Assembly: GCA_017505525.1 (NCBI GenBank)
Contig: JAFVPB010000015.1
Span: forward strand, 26 to 64,025
DNA: 64,000 bases
Direction of reading: 5' to 3'
DNA from: Clostridia bacterium
Lineage (GTDB): Bacteria; Bacillota; Clostridia; UMGS1883
Below are positions 28,067-37,512 of the stretch, piece by piece (position 1 is the stretch's first letter; each line of letters begins with the position of its first letter). Position numbers and translations under genes: made by a program. A model generated the notes under the pieces. It did not search any database. It saw nothing but the letters and a program-made list of their open reading frames with translations, and was not told the origin of the DNA.

Positions 28067-28314
28067 GCACTCCACTGAGAATGTGCGTAGTGTGTCGCGA
28101 AATGCTTCCGAAGGATAGCCTTGTACGTGTGATTAAAACAAAGGAAGGCGCAGTTTCTATCGACAGCACAAAAAAAGCAAATGGCAGAGGTGCCTATGTC
28201 TGCAAAGGCGAGCGTTGCCGCGAAAAGCTTATTAAAAGCCGTGCACTGCAAAGAGCACTTTCAATAGAAATTCCCGAAGAGATACTAAATAACATAATGA
28301 AAGAACTGATTTGA
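28063..28314 (+). CDS. ylxR: YlxR/RnpM family RNA-binding protein (DUF448)
   Basis: 'PLRMCVVCREMLPKDSLVRV...GRGAYVC' motif. The gene sits in the conserved position after nusA. Confidence 0.8.
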   Translation: MSTPLRMCVVCREMLPKDSLVRVIKTKEGAVSIDSTKKANGRGAYVCKGERCREKLIKSRALQRALSIEIPEEILNNIMKELI

Positions 28315-28625
28315 TGAACGATAAATTGTTGGGAATGCTTGGCCTTTGCGTAAGAGCAGGCAAAGCCGTATTCGGAGCATTCAGTGCGGAAAAAGCCATC
28401 GAAATGGGCACTTGCCGCCTTGTGATATTAGCCAGCGATATCGGGCAAAGCAATAAACGCTCGATTGAGTACAAATGCAAAAGGGATAACATTCCCTTAA
28501 TATATTATTCAGATAAAGAAACCCTGAGCCGGGCAGTAGGCAAAAAGGACATACCGATTATTTGTGTATGCGACGATAATTTTTCATCTGCCATAATTAA
28601 AATTCACGGAGGTGTTGCCAAATGA
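28311..28625 (+). CDS. ylxQ: L7Ae-family ribosomal protein-like YlxQ
   Basis: '[12 protein letters not shown]...LVILASD' L7Ae/L30e fold motif, in the position between ylxR and infB. Confidence 0.8.
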   Translation: MMNDKLLGMLGLCVRAGKAVFGAFSAEKAIEMGTCRLVILASDIGQSNKRSIEYKCKRDNIPLIYYSDKETLSRAVGKKDIPIICVCDDNFSSAIIKIHGGVAK

Positions 28626-30871
28626 TAGCAAAGCAGAAAATAAGTGCAGTTTCAAAAGCAATTGAGATCCCGAGTAAAGAAATTGTTAAAATGCTTTCAG
28701 AAGTATTGGGCGTAACAAAAAGCACAGCAGCAAGTCTTGATGTTGAGGAATTAAGCGTGGTGTTTGATTATTTCACTCAGCAGTTCGACGATCACACTCC
28801 TATGGAGGACTATATTAATTCTTACCATAAAGAAAAACAGGAAAAGGAAGCAAAAGAAGCAGAAGCCGCTATTGAAGAAGCAGCAGAAGCAATCACTCCA
28901 CAGAAAAAGGTGCGTTATGTTGATACACGCAGTAACGCAGTTGACCTTGATGTGCAGCTTGCAAAGGAAAAAGCTGAAGAGCTTGCTCCCGAAATGAAAG
29001 ATACCGATACCAATAAGGAAAGAATCAAGAAGAGCAAAAATCCCAAGCAATCTCAAAAGAAAAATCAGCCTGCAAATAAAATGGAGGCTCCAAAGCCGAA
29101 GCCTGAAAAGAAAGAAAAGCTTCACGTTGTAATCGGCGATACTATCACAGTAGGCGATCTGGCACAGAAGCTTAAAGTTGCAGCAACAGAGGTTATCAAG
29201 CGCTTAATGCAGCTTGGTATTATGGCGGCAATCACTCAGGATATTGAGTATGATGTTGCGGCTCTTATTGCCGAGGATATGGATGCCGAGGTTGAACGTG
29301 AAATAATCATCACTGAAGAGGACCGTCTTTTTGGCGATGCCGATGCTCCCGATGATGAAAAAGACCTTGTTCCCCGTCCACCCGTTGTTGTTGTTATGGG
29401 CCACGTTGACCACGGTAAAACAAGTCTTCTTGATGCTATCCGTTCAACAAACGTAACCTCAAGCGAAGCAGGCGGTATCACTCAGCACATTGGTGCTTAT
29501 ATGGTAAATATCAACGGAGAAAAAATAGCATTCCTTGATACCCCCGGTCATGAAGCATTCACAGCAATGCGTGCCCGCGGTGCTCAGGTTACCGATATTG
29601 CCATCCTCGTTGTAGCGGCAGACGATGGTATTATGCCACAGACTGTTGAAGCTATTAACCACGCTAAAGCTGCTAACGTAAGCATTATTGTAGCTATAAA
29701 TAAAATAGATAAAGACGGTGCTAACCCCGACAGAGTTAAGCAGGAGCTTACAGAGCACGGCCTTGTTCCCGAAGAATGGGGCGGCGATGTTATCTGTGTT
29801 GAAGTTAGTGCAAAACAGAAGAAAAACATTGATCAGCTTCTTGAAATGGTACTTCTCACAGCTGAAATGAAAGAGCTTAAGGCTAATCCAAACCGTCGTG
29901 CAAAGGGTACTGTTATCGAAGCAAAGCTCGACAAGGGACGCGGTCCTGTTGCAACAGTTCTTGTGCAGAACGGCACACTTCATCAGGGCGACATTATCGT
30001 TGCAGGCACTGCAGTTGGCCGTGTGAGAGCTATGCTTGACGACAAGGGCAAGAAAATCAAAGAAGCTATGCCTTCCACACCTGTTGAAATCATCGGGCTC
30101 AGCGAAACTCCCGATGGAAACGATGTGTTCTACTGTGTTGAAGACGAGCGTGCTGCACGCCATGTTGTTGAAGCAAGAAAGCAGAAAATCAAAGACGAAG
30201 CAAACAAAGCTAAGCAGAAGGTTAATCTTGAAGACCTCTTCAGCCAGATTCAACAGGGTGATGTGAAAGACCTTAATATCATTGTAAAAGCAGACGTTCA
30301 GGGTAGTGTTGAAGCAGTTCGCCAGAGCCTTGAAAAGCTTTCAAACGAAGAAGTACGCGTAAGAGTTATCCACGGCGCAGTTGGTGCCATCACAGAAAGC
30401 GACGTTACTCTTGCAACAGCATCAAATGCTATTATCGTAGGCTTCAACGTACGTCCCGACGTAGGCGGAAGAAATGCCGCTGAAATCAACAAGGTTGATA
30501 TGCGTATGTACAGAGTAATTTACGAAGCTATTGAAGAAATCGAAGCTGCTATGAAAGGTATGCTTGCTCCCACATTCCGCGAAGCTGTTATCGGCCACGC
30601 AGAAATCCGCCAGACATTTAAAGTCAGCGGTGTTGGTACAATCGGCGGCTGCTATGTTACAGATGGTAAAATCCAGCGTAACTGCGGCGTAAGAATTGTG
30701 CGCGACGGTATTGTTATTCACGAGGGCGAGCTTGATTCACTCAAGCGCTTCAAGGACGACGTTAAGGAAGTTGCAAGCGGTTACGAGTGCGGTATGGGCT
30801 TTGTTCGCTTCAACGATATTAAAGAGGGCGACGTTGTAGAATGCTTCGTTATGGAAGAAGTTAAGAGATAA
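28622..30871 (+). CDS. infB: translation initiation factor IF-2
   Basis: GTPase G1 '[12 protein letters not shown]' and G3 'DTPGHEAF', NKxD 'NKIDK', and the C-terminal IF-2 domains. Confidence 0.95.
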   Translation: MIAKQKISAVSKAIEIPSKEIVKMLSEVLGVTKSTAASLDVEELSVVFDYFTQQFDDHTPMEDYINSYHKEKQEKEAKEAEAAIEEAAEAITPQKKVRYVDTRSNAVDLDVQLAKEKAEELAPEMKDTDTNKERIKKSKNPKQSQKKNQPANKMEAPKPKPEKKEKLHVVIGDTITVGDLAQKLKVAATEVIKRLMQLGIMAAITQDIEYDVAALIAEDMDAEVEREIIITEEDRLFGDADAPDDEKDLVPRPPVVVVMGHVDHGKTSLLDAIRSTNVTSSEAGGITQHIGAYMVNINGEKIAFLDTPGHEAFTAMRARGAQVTDIAILVVAADDGIMPQTVEAINHAKAANVSIIVAINKIDKDGANPDRVKQELTEHGLVPEEWGGDVICVEVSAKQKKNIDQLLEMVLLTAEMKELKANPNRRAKGTVIEAKLDKGRGPVATVLVQNGTLHQGDIIVAGTAVGRVRAMLDDKGKKIKEAMPSTPVEIIGLSETPDGNDVFYCVEDERAARHVVEARKQKIKDEANKAKQKVNLEDLFSQIQQGDVKDLNIIVKADVQGSVEAVRQSLEKLSNEEVRVRVIHGAVGAITESDVTLATASNAIIVGFNVRPDVGGRNAAEINKVDMRMYRVIYEAIEEIEAAMKGMLAPTFREAVIGHAEIRQTFKVSGVGTIGGCYVTDGKIQRNCGVRIVRDGIVIHEGELDSLKRFKDDVKEVASGYECGMGFVRFNDIKEGDVVECFVMEEVKR

Positions 30872-30914
30872 AATCTCCAGATTGTGATATACTAAAAAGA
30901 AAAAGGAGTTTGTC

Positions 30915-31262
30915 ATGTCATTTAAACGTACCGACAGGATATCCGAAGAAATAAAAAAAGAATTATCAAGTATTATCCGCGATCTTAAAGATCCTCGCAT
31001 CCCTATGATGACGAGTGTTGTAAGCGTTAATGTAACAAACGATCTGCGCTATGCAAAAGCCTATATCAGTGTTATGGGCAGCGACGACGAGAAGAAAGAT
31101 GCTATAAAAGCTCTTTCTTCTGCCGCAGGCTTTATAAGGCGCGAAATCGGCGGAAGAGTTAAGTTAAGATGTGTGCCTGAATTCACCTTTGTGCAGGATA
31201 CTTCTATAGAATATGGCGCGCATATTAACGACCTCTTAAACAAAATTCAAGGGGATGTTTAA
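30915..31262 (+). CDS. rbfA: ribosome-binding factor A
   Basis: 115 aa, 'RISEEIKKELSSIIRDLKDPR', the typical RbfA KH fold. Confidence 0.9.
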   Translation: MSFKRTDRISEEIKKELSSIIRDLKDPRIPMMTSVVSVNVTNDLRYAKAYISVMGSDDEKKDAIKALSSAAGFIRREIGGRVKLRCVPEFTFVQDTSIEYGAHINDLLNKIQGDV

Positions 31263-31493
31263 ATTCTCCAGAACGCAAAAAGGCGAGAATAATCAAAATT
31301 CAGAATGCTTATAAGCCTAAACTGTTTATAATTCGGTTGAAAAATCCAGTTTTTCGATTTTTCTTCGTTTTTAATCCTTTTTGCTACGAACAAACTTCGC
31401 CTTCGAGGTATACCAATACATCTTTGGCTCAGTTTGTCCGTTCTGAACAATTTCTCCTATCCCCTTTTTTTATGGGGATGTTTAAATTCTCCA
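31251..31493 (-). repeat. interspersed structured element, copy 3 (minus orientation)
   Basis: 20-bp direct repeats 'GGGGATGTTTAAATTCTCCA' at 31251-31270 and 31474-31493. The first overlaps the last codons and stop of rbfA. The 5' and 3' modules are the same as in copies 1 and 2 but reverse-complemented. An internal 63-codon ORF (31259-31450) starts with TTG after AGGAGA. Confidence 0.6.
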
Positions 31494-31517
31494 ATCAGCT
31501 GTTAAAGGACTGATTAT

Positions 31518-32471
31518 ATGTATAAAAAAATTTCCAAACATCTTTTTTCGTGCAAATCAGTTGCACTTTTTGTTCACGTTAATCCCGACTGGGATTGCAT
31601 TGGAAGTGCCTTGGCACTGAGAAGTGCTCTGCGCGGAAAAAACATTAAATGCGATGTTTTCACAGAAAAAGAGCTTTCAAAGCATTTAAGCTTTATGGAA
31701 AATGATGTTATTGTGTTTTCCGAAGAAAGCGCCATGCCCGATTACGAATGCTTTTGTGCAATCGATGTGGGCACTCCGTCGCGTTTGGGCGCATGGGGCG
31801 ATTTCTTCACCAGAAAAGAAAACACAGTTTGTATTGACCACCATTTATCCAGCGGACCATTTGCTTCTCTTTCAGTTATTGAAACTGAAAGAAGCTCTAC
31901 GGGTGAGCTTGTTTTTGAAATACTTTCTTCTTTAAAAATTGAAATAACAAAAGAAATTGCAAGCTATCTTTACTGTGCAATTTCTTCAGATACAGGCTCT
32001 TTCCAGTATTCAAACGTGAAACCAAGAACTTACGAGATAATCATTTCTCTCACCAAAGCAGGTATCGACACATCTTACCTTTCGAGTATGCTTTACGAAA
32101 GAAAAAGCCTTACTCAGCTTTATCTTGAAGCCGAGGCTATTAATTCTTTAAAGCTTTACCACGATGGAAAGATTGCAACTGCACACGTAACTAATGAAAT
32201 GCTTGAAAAGTATAATGCCAAAAGAAGCGACACCGAGGCACTTGCCTCTCTTCCCCGCAGTATCGACGGGGTAATGATAAGCGCATTTTTCTCGGAGCTT
32301 CCAAATGGAGATATCCGCGTAAACTTAAGAGCACAGGGCGATTACGATATCGAGCCTGTTGCCCGCTTTTTTGGTGGTGGCGGTCATAAAAAGGCAGCCG
32401 GATGCACACTTGAGGGCGTGGATATGGAAAAAGCACAGAATCTTGTTGTAGGTGAATTAATTAAATTATGA
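31518..32471 (+). CDS. nrnA: DHH-family phosphoesterase (bifunctional oligoribonuclease / pAp phosphatase NrnA-like)
   Basis: DHH motifs 'FVHVNPDWDCIGS' and 'IDHH', plus a C-terminal DHHA1 'GGGGHKKAAG'. Confidence 0.8.
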   Translation: MYKKISKHLFSCKSVALFVHVNPDWDCIGSALALRSALRGKNIKCDVFTEKELSKHLSFMENDVIVFSEESAMPDYECFCAIDVGTPSRLGAWGDFFTRKENTVCIDHHLSSGPFASLSVIETERSSTGELVFEILSSLKIEITKEIASYLYCAISSDTGSFQYSNVKPRTYEIIISLTKAGIDTSYLSSMLYERKSLTQLYLEAEAINSLKLYHDGKIATAHVTNEMLEKYNAKRSDTEALASLPRSIDGVMISAFFSELPNGDIRVNLRAQGDYDIEPVARFFGGGGHKKAAGCTLEGVDMEKAQNLVVGELIKL

Positions 32472-33361
32472 ATGATTTTAACGGTGTAATTATTATAAAC
32501 AAGCCTGTGGGGGGAAGCTCACACAGGTGCGTGAGTATAGCGCGCCGTGCACTGAATATGAAAAAAATCGGTCACACAGGAACTCTCGACCCACTCGCAA
32601 GCGGGGTTTTGCCTCTTCTTGTAGGAACGGCAACCCGTGCGGCTGATTTTTTGTCATCTGAAGATAAAAGCTACCGCGCAACGTTGCTTTTAGGCACGCG
32701 CACCGATACTCTTGATATTACGGGAACGGTGCTTTCCACTTCTCCCGTAGATGTAACTGAAGAAGAAATCCGGCAAGCTGTTTCCTCTTTTATCGGGGAA
32801 ATTTCGCAGATTCCTCCAATGTACAGCGCAATTCAGGTAAATGGCGAGCGCCTTTATAACCTTGCACGCAACGGTATTGAAATTGAGCGCAAGGCGCGTC
32901 AGATCACAATTTTTTCTATCAATATAGTGAAAATCGATTTGCCTGAAATTGTTATCGACGTACATTGTTCAAAGGGAACATATATCCGCTCGCTCGCCTC
33001 TGATATTGGCGACAAGCTCGGTTGCGGAGGAACCATCAAGGCGCTCGAGCGCACACAGTGTGGCATTTTCTCCATAGAGAATGCTATTACTCCCGATGAA
33101 CTTATGGAGCTTTCTGAAAAAGGCGAAATTGAAAATTCACTAATTAAAGTGGATAATCTTTTCGAGAGCTACAGAAAAATAAAGCTCGACAAAAAAAGAG
33201 CCGACAGAGTAAAAAACGGCGTTCCGATTTACTATAAAACAGGCTCGCAAAATGAATTTTTCAGAGTATACGATGAAAACGACATTTTTATCGCTCTTTC
33301 AAAGAGCGATATTGAAGACGGCAGAGAATGTCTTCGTCTTATAAAGGGGTTTTATAAATGA
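32468..33361 (+). CDS. truB: tRNA pseudouridine(55) synthase
   Basis: 'GHTGTLDPLASGVLPL' catalytic Asp motif. Confidence 0.9.
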   Translation: MNDFNGVIIINKPVGGSSHRCVSIARRALNMKKIGHTGTLDPLASGVLPLLVGTATRAADFLSSEDKSYRATLLLGTRTDTLDITGTVLSTSPVDVTEEEIRQAVSSFIGEISQIPPMYSAIQVNGERLYNLARNGIEIERKARQITIFSINIVKIDLPEIVIDVHCSKGTYIRSLASDIGDKLGCGGTIKALERTQCGIFSIENAITPDELMELSEKGEIENSLIKVDNLFESYRKIKLDKKRADRVKNGVPIYYKTGSQNEFFRVYDENDIFIALSKSDIEDGRECLRLIKGFYK

Positions 33362-34227
33362 CGAAAGTACAAGCAAGTATTGCTCTCGGTTTTTTCGACG
33401 GAGTACATACGGCGCACAAAGAAATTATCCTTTCGGCAGCAGATACCGCCACAAAAAAAGGAATGCGCCCTATTGCCCTCACGTTCGACCGTTCCCCGAG
33501 AGAGCTTCTTTCAAGTGAAAAAATTGAATATATTTCCCCGTTTTGCGATAAAAACGAAATTATCAAAGCGCTTGGATGCGAGCTTCATCTCCTTAACACC
33601 ACACCCGGGCTTTTAAATATGGAGCCTGAAGAATTTGTAAAAACAATACTTGTGGGAAAATTTAACGTGGGGCATATTTGTTGCGGATATAACTATCGCT
33701 TCGGAAAAAAAGCAAAAGGCGATACCGCACTTTTGCAGGAGCTTAGCAAAACCTATGGCTTTACCGTTTCCGTTTTTGATGCTATCGAGCTTTTAGGGGA
33801 CACCGTTTCCTCAAGCAGAATACGTGCTCTTTTAAAAAAGGGCGAAATTGAAAAAGCAAACACTCTTCTGGGCAGAAGCTTTTCACTTTCGGGAATTGTA
33901 ACAGAAGGTAAGCACCTCGGAAAAACAATCGGTTTTCCCACAGCAAATATCTTCCCCGAAAAAAATCTTGTTACGCCAAAACGCGGAGTGTATAAAACGA
34001 TGGTAACAACGCCGTTGGGTTCATTCCCCGCTATCACCAACGTGGGAATAAACCCCACAGTTGGCGCAGAGGAAGCACACCTTGAAACTTATATCCCATC
34101 GTTTTCTGCCAATTTATATCAGGCAGAAATAAAAGTGGAATTTGTAAGCTTTTTAAGAGAAGAAAAAAAGTTTGAAACTTTGGAAGAACTAAAAAATCAA
34201 ATACAAAAGGACGTTAATATGCTGTGA
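33358..34227 (+). CDS. ribF: bifunctional riboflavin kinase / FMN adenylyltransferase
   Basis: 'ALGFFDGVHTAHKEI' FAD-synthetase nucleotidyltransferase motif and a C-terminal riboflavin kinase 'GFPTANI...E.HL'. Confidence 0.9.
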   Translation: MTKVQASIALGFFDGVHTAHKEIILSAADTATKKGMRPIALTFDRSPRELLSSEKIEYISPFCDKNEIIKALGCELHLLNTTPGLLNMEPEEFVKTILVGKFNVGHICCGYNYRFGKKAKGDTALLQELSKTYGFTVSVFDAIELLGDTVSSSRIRALLKKGEIEKANTLLGRSFSLSGIVTEGKHLGKTIGFPTANIFPEKNLVTPKRGVYKTMVTTPLGSFPAITNVGINPTVGAEEAHLETYIPSFSANLYQAEIKVEFVSFLREEKKFETLEELKNQIQKDVNML

Positions 34228-34233
34228 TGCTAT

Positions 34234-34266
34234 TGTAGGGGAGGGTCTCTGTGCCCTCCCGTTTTT
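34234..34266 (+). terminator. rho-independent terminator after ribF (member of a repeated terminator sequence)
   Basis: GGGAGGGtctctgtgCCCTCCC followed by GTTTTT. Near-identical 32 bp recur at 43464-43497. Confidence 0.6.
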
Positions 34267-34559
34267 ATTGTAACCCTCCAACAATCAAAAAAAGAGTTTA
34301 AAACATAACGTTTTAAACTCTTTTTTGATTACAACACATCAGTTTTGCTGATACTCCTACTATAAAGACTGTATAATTTAGATGTCAGCATCAGAGGCTC
34401 TCTTGAGGCTCCCTTGTGTAAAGGGAGCTGTCAGCGTAGCTGACTGAGGGATTGTTTACTTTATTCATTTACAACCCCTCCGAGTTTGCTTCGCAAACCC
34501 ACCTCCCCTTACACAGGGGAGGCTTTCCGTTTCGACTTTTTTCGACAATCTTACTATGT

Positions 34560-34741
34560 TTTTGTCAAGTTAGGGACAAAATTTTTGTCGATATGCAAAC
34601 TAAAGTTTGCTCGATATTTTCACTTCGTAAAATCGATATGTTTTCCCTTCGGTCAAACTCGATATGATATGAATTCTCGTTGCGTCAGCAACATATCGAG
34701 AATTCGTTAGAATTCATATCGATGCGTTGCCACCGCAACGC
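34560..34741. repeat. iteron-like array of TCGATATG motifs with inverted repeats in a convergent intergenic region
   Basis: Direct copies GTCGATATG (34592), CTCGATATT (34614), ATCGATATG (34636) and CTCGATATGATATG (34665). Inverted copies CATATCGAG (34695) and CATATCGAT (34720). Palindromes GCAAACTaaAGTTTGC and GAATTCTCG...CGAGAATTC. Hairpin GCGTTGCcaccGCAACGC abuts the stop of the minus-strand gene. Confidence 0.5.
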
Positions 34742-35884
34742 TTACGGAACTATCTCCATAACGCTATTATACGTTTCCCAAAGCTTTTCCACTGTAAGTC
34801 CGCCTGCACGCGTATGCTTTTTTGCAAGCTCGTCTGTGTAGTCGCTGAGCATATATGCCTTATACTTTCCACCCGAGGCGTGTGTAACGGTTGGAAGCAT
34901 TTCATAGCTTTCTACTTTCGTTACTCCGTTTTCCTTAGTTATAGTAACGCTTGCCATACCGCCAAGAATTTTACTTAATCCGCTCTGATTTGAAACGAAA
35001 TTTCCAAGCGAATAGAAAACAACTGCCTTGTTTCCGTTTTGTGAAACGTGCTCTGCCGTAGGCTGAATAACGTGGGGATGGCCGCCAACTATAACATCGG
35101 CACCGTTTTCACACAGAAATTCAACATCGCGTTTCTGCTCGGATGTGGGAGTATGGGTATACTCTGTGCCGAAATGAACAAATACCACCGTTATATCAGC
35201 AATTTCCTCCGCCTTTTGAAGCAATGATTTATTAAGCTCTCCGCGGTCTAAAAGATTTACAAGATAAGGCTTGTCCGCAGGAAGCCTGTAGCCGTTAAGA
35301 CCATAAGTAAAATTGAGCATAGCAATTTTAAGCCCGTCTTTTTCCCACACAAACACCTCTTGTTGTTCGCTTTCGGTTTCGTTAATTCCCAAAACATCAA
35401 CATTCTTGTGAGAATCCCAATACTCTATTGTATGCATAAGCGCGTTGTACCCGCGGTCGTAGGTGTGATTTGTTGCATGGGTAATAAGATTAAACCCCGA
35501 TTTTACCAAACTGTCGCCAACCTCTTCGGGCGTTCCAAACGAAGGATAGCCGCTGAAAGCTTCTGTGGCTTCCACAAAAATTGTTTCCTGATTAATAGCC
35601 GCAATGTCCACATCTTCAATATAAGGAATAATATCTGTATAAATATCGTCGAAATTATATCCGTTTTCCGTTTTGCACGATTTGAATATCGGCGAATGCA
35701 TTAGATTATCCCCCACCGCACGAATTGTAACGCTAACCTTTTGCGGCACTTGTGCTTCCTCTGCAGTGTTATTTGTTTTTGCCGTTTTTTCCTGCGGATT
35801 AAACAACAAAACAAACAAAAGAATTATCGATACCGCCATTACACTAAATGTTATTGTAAGCTTCTTTTTATCACTTAATTGCAT
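34742..35884 (-). CDS. CapA-family (PGA_cap) metallophosphatase-like protein, membrane-anchored
   Basis: N-terminal TM helix and CapA motifs ('GDNLMH', 'HFGTEY', 'GGHPHVIQP'). Confidence 0.75.
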   Translation of the reverse strand: MQLSDKKKLTITFSVMAVSIILLFVLLFNPQEKTAKTNNTAEEAQVPQKVSVTIRAVGDNLMHSPIFKSCKTENGYNFDDIYTDIIPYIEDVDIAAINQETIFVEATEAFSGYPSFGTPEEVGDSLVKSGFNLITHATNHTYDRGYNALMHTIEYWDSHKNVDVLGINETESEQQEVFVWEKDGLKIAMLNFTYGLNGYRLPADKPYLVNLLDRGELNKSLLQKAEEIADITVVFVHFGTEYTHTPTSEQKRDVEFLCENGADVIVGGHPHVIQPTAEHVSQNGNKAVVFYSLGNFVSNQSGLSKILGGMASVTITKENGVTKVESYEMLPTVTHASGGKYKAYMLSDYTDELAKKHTRAGGLTVEKLWETYNSVMEIVP

Positions 35885-37511
35885 TTTTTATCCTTTCTAT
35901 GGTGCGCTTTTCTCCAAGCACCTGCTGAATGCACCAAATATCGGGTGAATTTGTTCTGCCTGTGATTGCCACTCTTATAACGCAGCTCACATCGCCAACG
36001 TGGCCCTTATAAAGCTCGGGATTTTTCTTGTAAAGCTTTGGCTGAGGAGCATATCCAAGCTCTTCACCAATAGCGCGGATTTTGCCAAACCATGTACTCT
36101 GGTCGTCTGCGTGATCGTATGTTTCAAGATACTTTTCAAGAATAATCTTTCTGTCTTCCTCGCAAACGTTTTCTGGATAATCTTCTTCCATCTTAAAGAG
36201 AGTATCAAAGAAGAAGCTGTAAAAATCTTTCGACTGCTTCCAGCAGCTTATATCTTTTCTTGGTTTTTCTCCGCCTCTGCCAATTGCAATCATGCCCTTT
36301 GAAAATTCTTCATCTTCACAAAGAAGCTTGTAGTATTCTTCATCGCACTCCTTTGCCCACTCGCAGATATAGTTGTAAACAGTATCGGCATCAAGCGTTG
36401 CAAGATAGTTTTTGCTTACGTCGTTTAACTTGTCAATATCAAAAAGCGAGCCGCTTATTCCCATTTTCTTTGTTGTAAATTCAAATTCACGAACATTTGC
36501 TTCGGGATTTTCCTTTCTCCACTCTTCGTAGTTAGAGTTAAGCACCGTCATCATATATTCCCAAACGGCACCCGGAAGATAGCCCTCGCTCTTGTAATAG
36601 TCAAGCGAAAGCTCGGGATCCTTGCGTTTGCTGAGTTTTCTCTTAACTCCGTTATCAATCTTCATAAGCTGAGCTGTGTGGCAATAGATTGGAGCACGCC
36701 AACCCATAGCCTCGAAAAGCTGAACGTGAATAGGAAGAGTTGCAAGCCATTCTTCTCCGCGTACAACGTGAGTTGTTTTCATAAGATGGTCGTCTATAAC
36801 ATGTGCAAAATGGTATGTTGGAATTCCGTCTGATTTTAAAAGCACCACGTCCTGCTCATTCTGTGGCATTGTAAGCTTTCCGCGGATAGCATCTTCTATT
36901 GTGAATGTTTTCCCCGAAGGCTCGGGCGCGCGGAATCTTAAAACGAAGCTCTTTCCCTCGTTTATATTTTTCTCGGCTTCCTCAAAAGTTATATTTCTGT
37001 GAACTGCCCACTTTCCGTAGTAGCCGAAGTTTTCCTTAAGCTCTGTCTGCTTTTCACGCATAGCCGTAAGTTCTTCTTCTGTGCAGAAGCAAGGATATGC
37101 AAGACCTCTTAAAACAAGGTCTTTAGCAAAGGTCTGATAAATTTCAGCTCTTTCACGCTGACGGTATGGGCCGTAATCTCCCTTTTCTCCGTCTTTTAAA
37201 GCGCCCTCGTCAAATTCAACGCCGAAATAACGAAGAGTGTTTATAACAACCTCCACTGCGCCGGGCACTTCGCGCTTGTTATCTGTATCCTCTATTCTTA
37301 AATAGAACACACCACCCGATAAATGCGCCAATCTCTCATCGCAGATAGCACCAAAAAGGTTACCAAGGTGGATAAACCCTGTGGGGCTTGGTCCAAGGCG
37401 CGTAACCTTTGCCCCCTCGGGAAGGTTTCTTTCGGGATAAAGGTTTTCATAGTAATCGGGAGTTTTATCTATATTCGGGAAGAGAAGCTTTGCCATTTTT
37501 TCGTTATTCAT
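35871..37511 (-). CDS. gltX: glutamate--tRNA ligase
   Basis: Class-I HIGH region 'PSPTGFIHLGNLFGAI' and a KMSKS-like 'KLSKRK'. A long C-terminal anticodon-binding extension brings it to 546 aa. Confidence 0.85.
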   Translation of the reverse strand: MNNEKMAKLLFPNIDKTPDYYENLYPERNLPEGAKVTRLGPSPTGFIHLGNLFGAICDERLAHLSGGVFYLRIEDTDNKREVPGAVEVVINTLRYFGVEFDEGALKDGEKGDYGPYRQRERAEIYQTFAKDLVLRGLAYPCFCTEEELTAMREKQTELKENFGYYGKWAVHRNITFEEAEKNINEGKSFVLRFRAPEPSGKTFTIEDAIRGKLTMPQNEQDVVLLKSDGIPTYHFAHVIDDHLMKTTHVVRGEEWLATLPIHVQLFEAMGWRAPIYCHTAQLMKIDNGVKRKLSKRKDPELSLDYYKSEGYLPGAVWEYMMTVLNSNYEEWRKENPEANVREFEFTTKKMGISGSLFDIDKLNDVSKNYLATLDADTVYNYICEWAKECDEEYYKLLCEDEEFSKGMIAIGRGGEKPRKDISCWKQSKDFYSFFFDTLFKMEEDYPENVCEEDRKIILEKYLETYDHADDQSTWFGKIRAIGEELGYAPQPKLYKKNPELYKGHVGDVSCVIRVAITGRTNSPDIWCIQQVLGEKRTIERIKNAIK

Positions 37512-37512
37512 A

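Noticed and set aside
28751-30721. Antisense and alternative-frame ORFs within infB (for example 29459-30253, 264 aa)
   Set aside because: They overlap the conserved IF-2 GTPase coding frame on the opposite strand, and their Cys/Phe-rich composition is typical of frame artefacts.
31251-31270. Flanking repeat of element copy 3 as a Xer dif-like site
   Set aside because: GGGGATG-TTTAAA-TTCTCC has only partial dyad symmetry and is much shorter than a 28-bp dif site. The idea is mentioned only as a mechanistic possibility.
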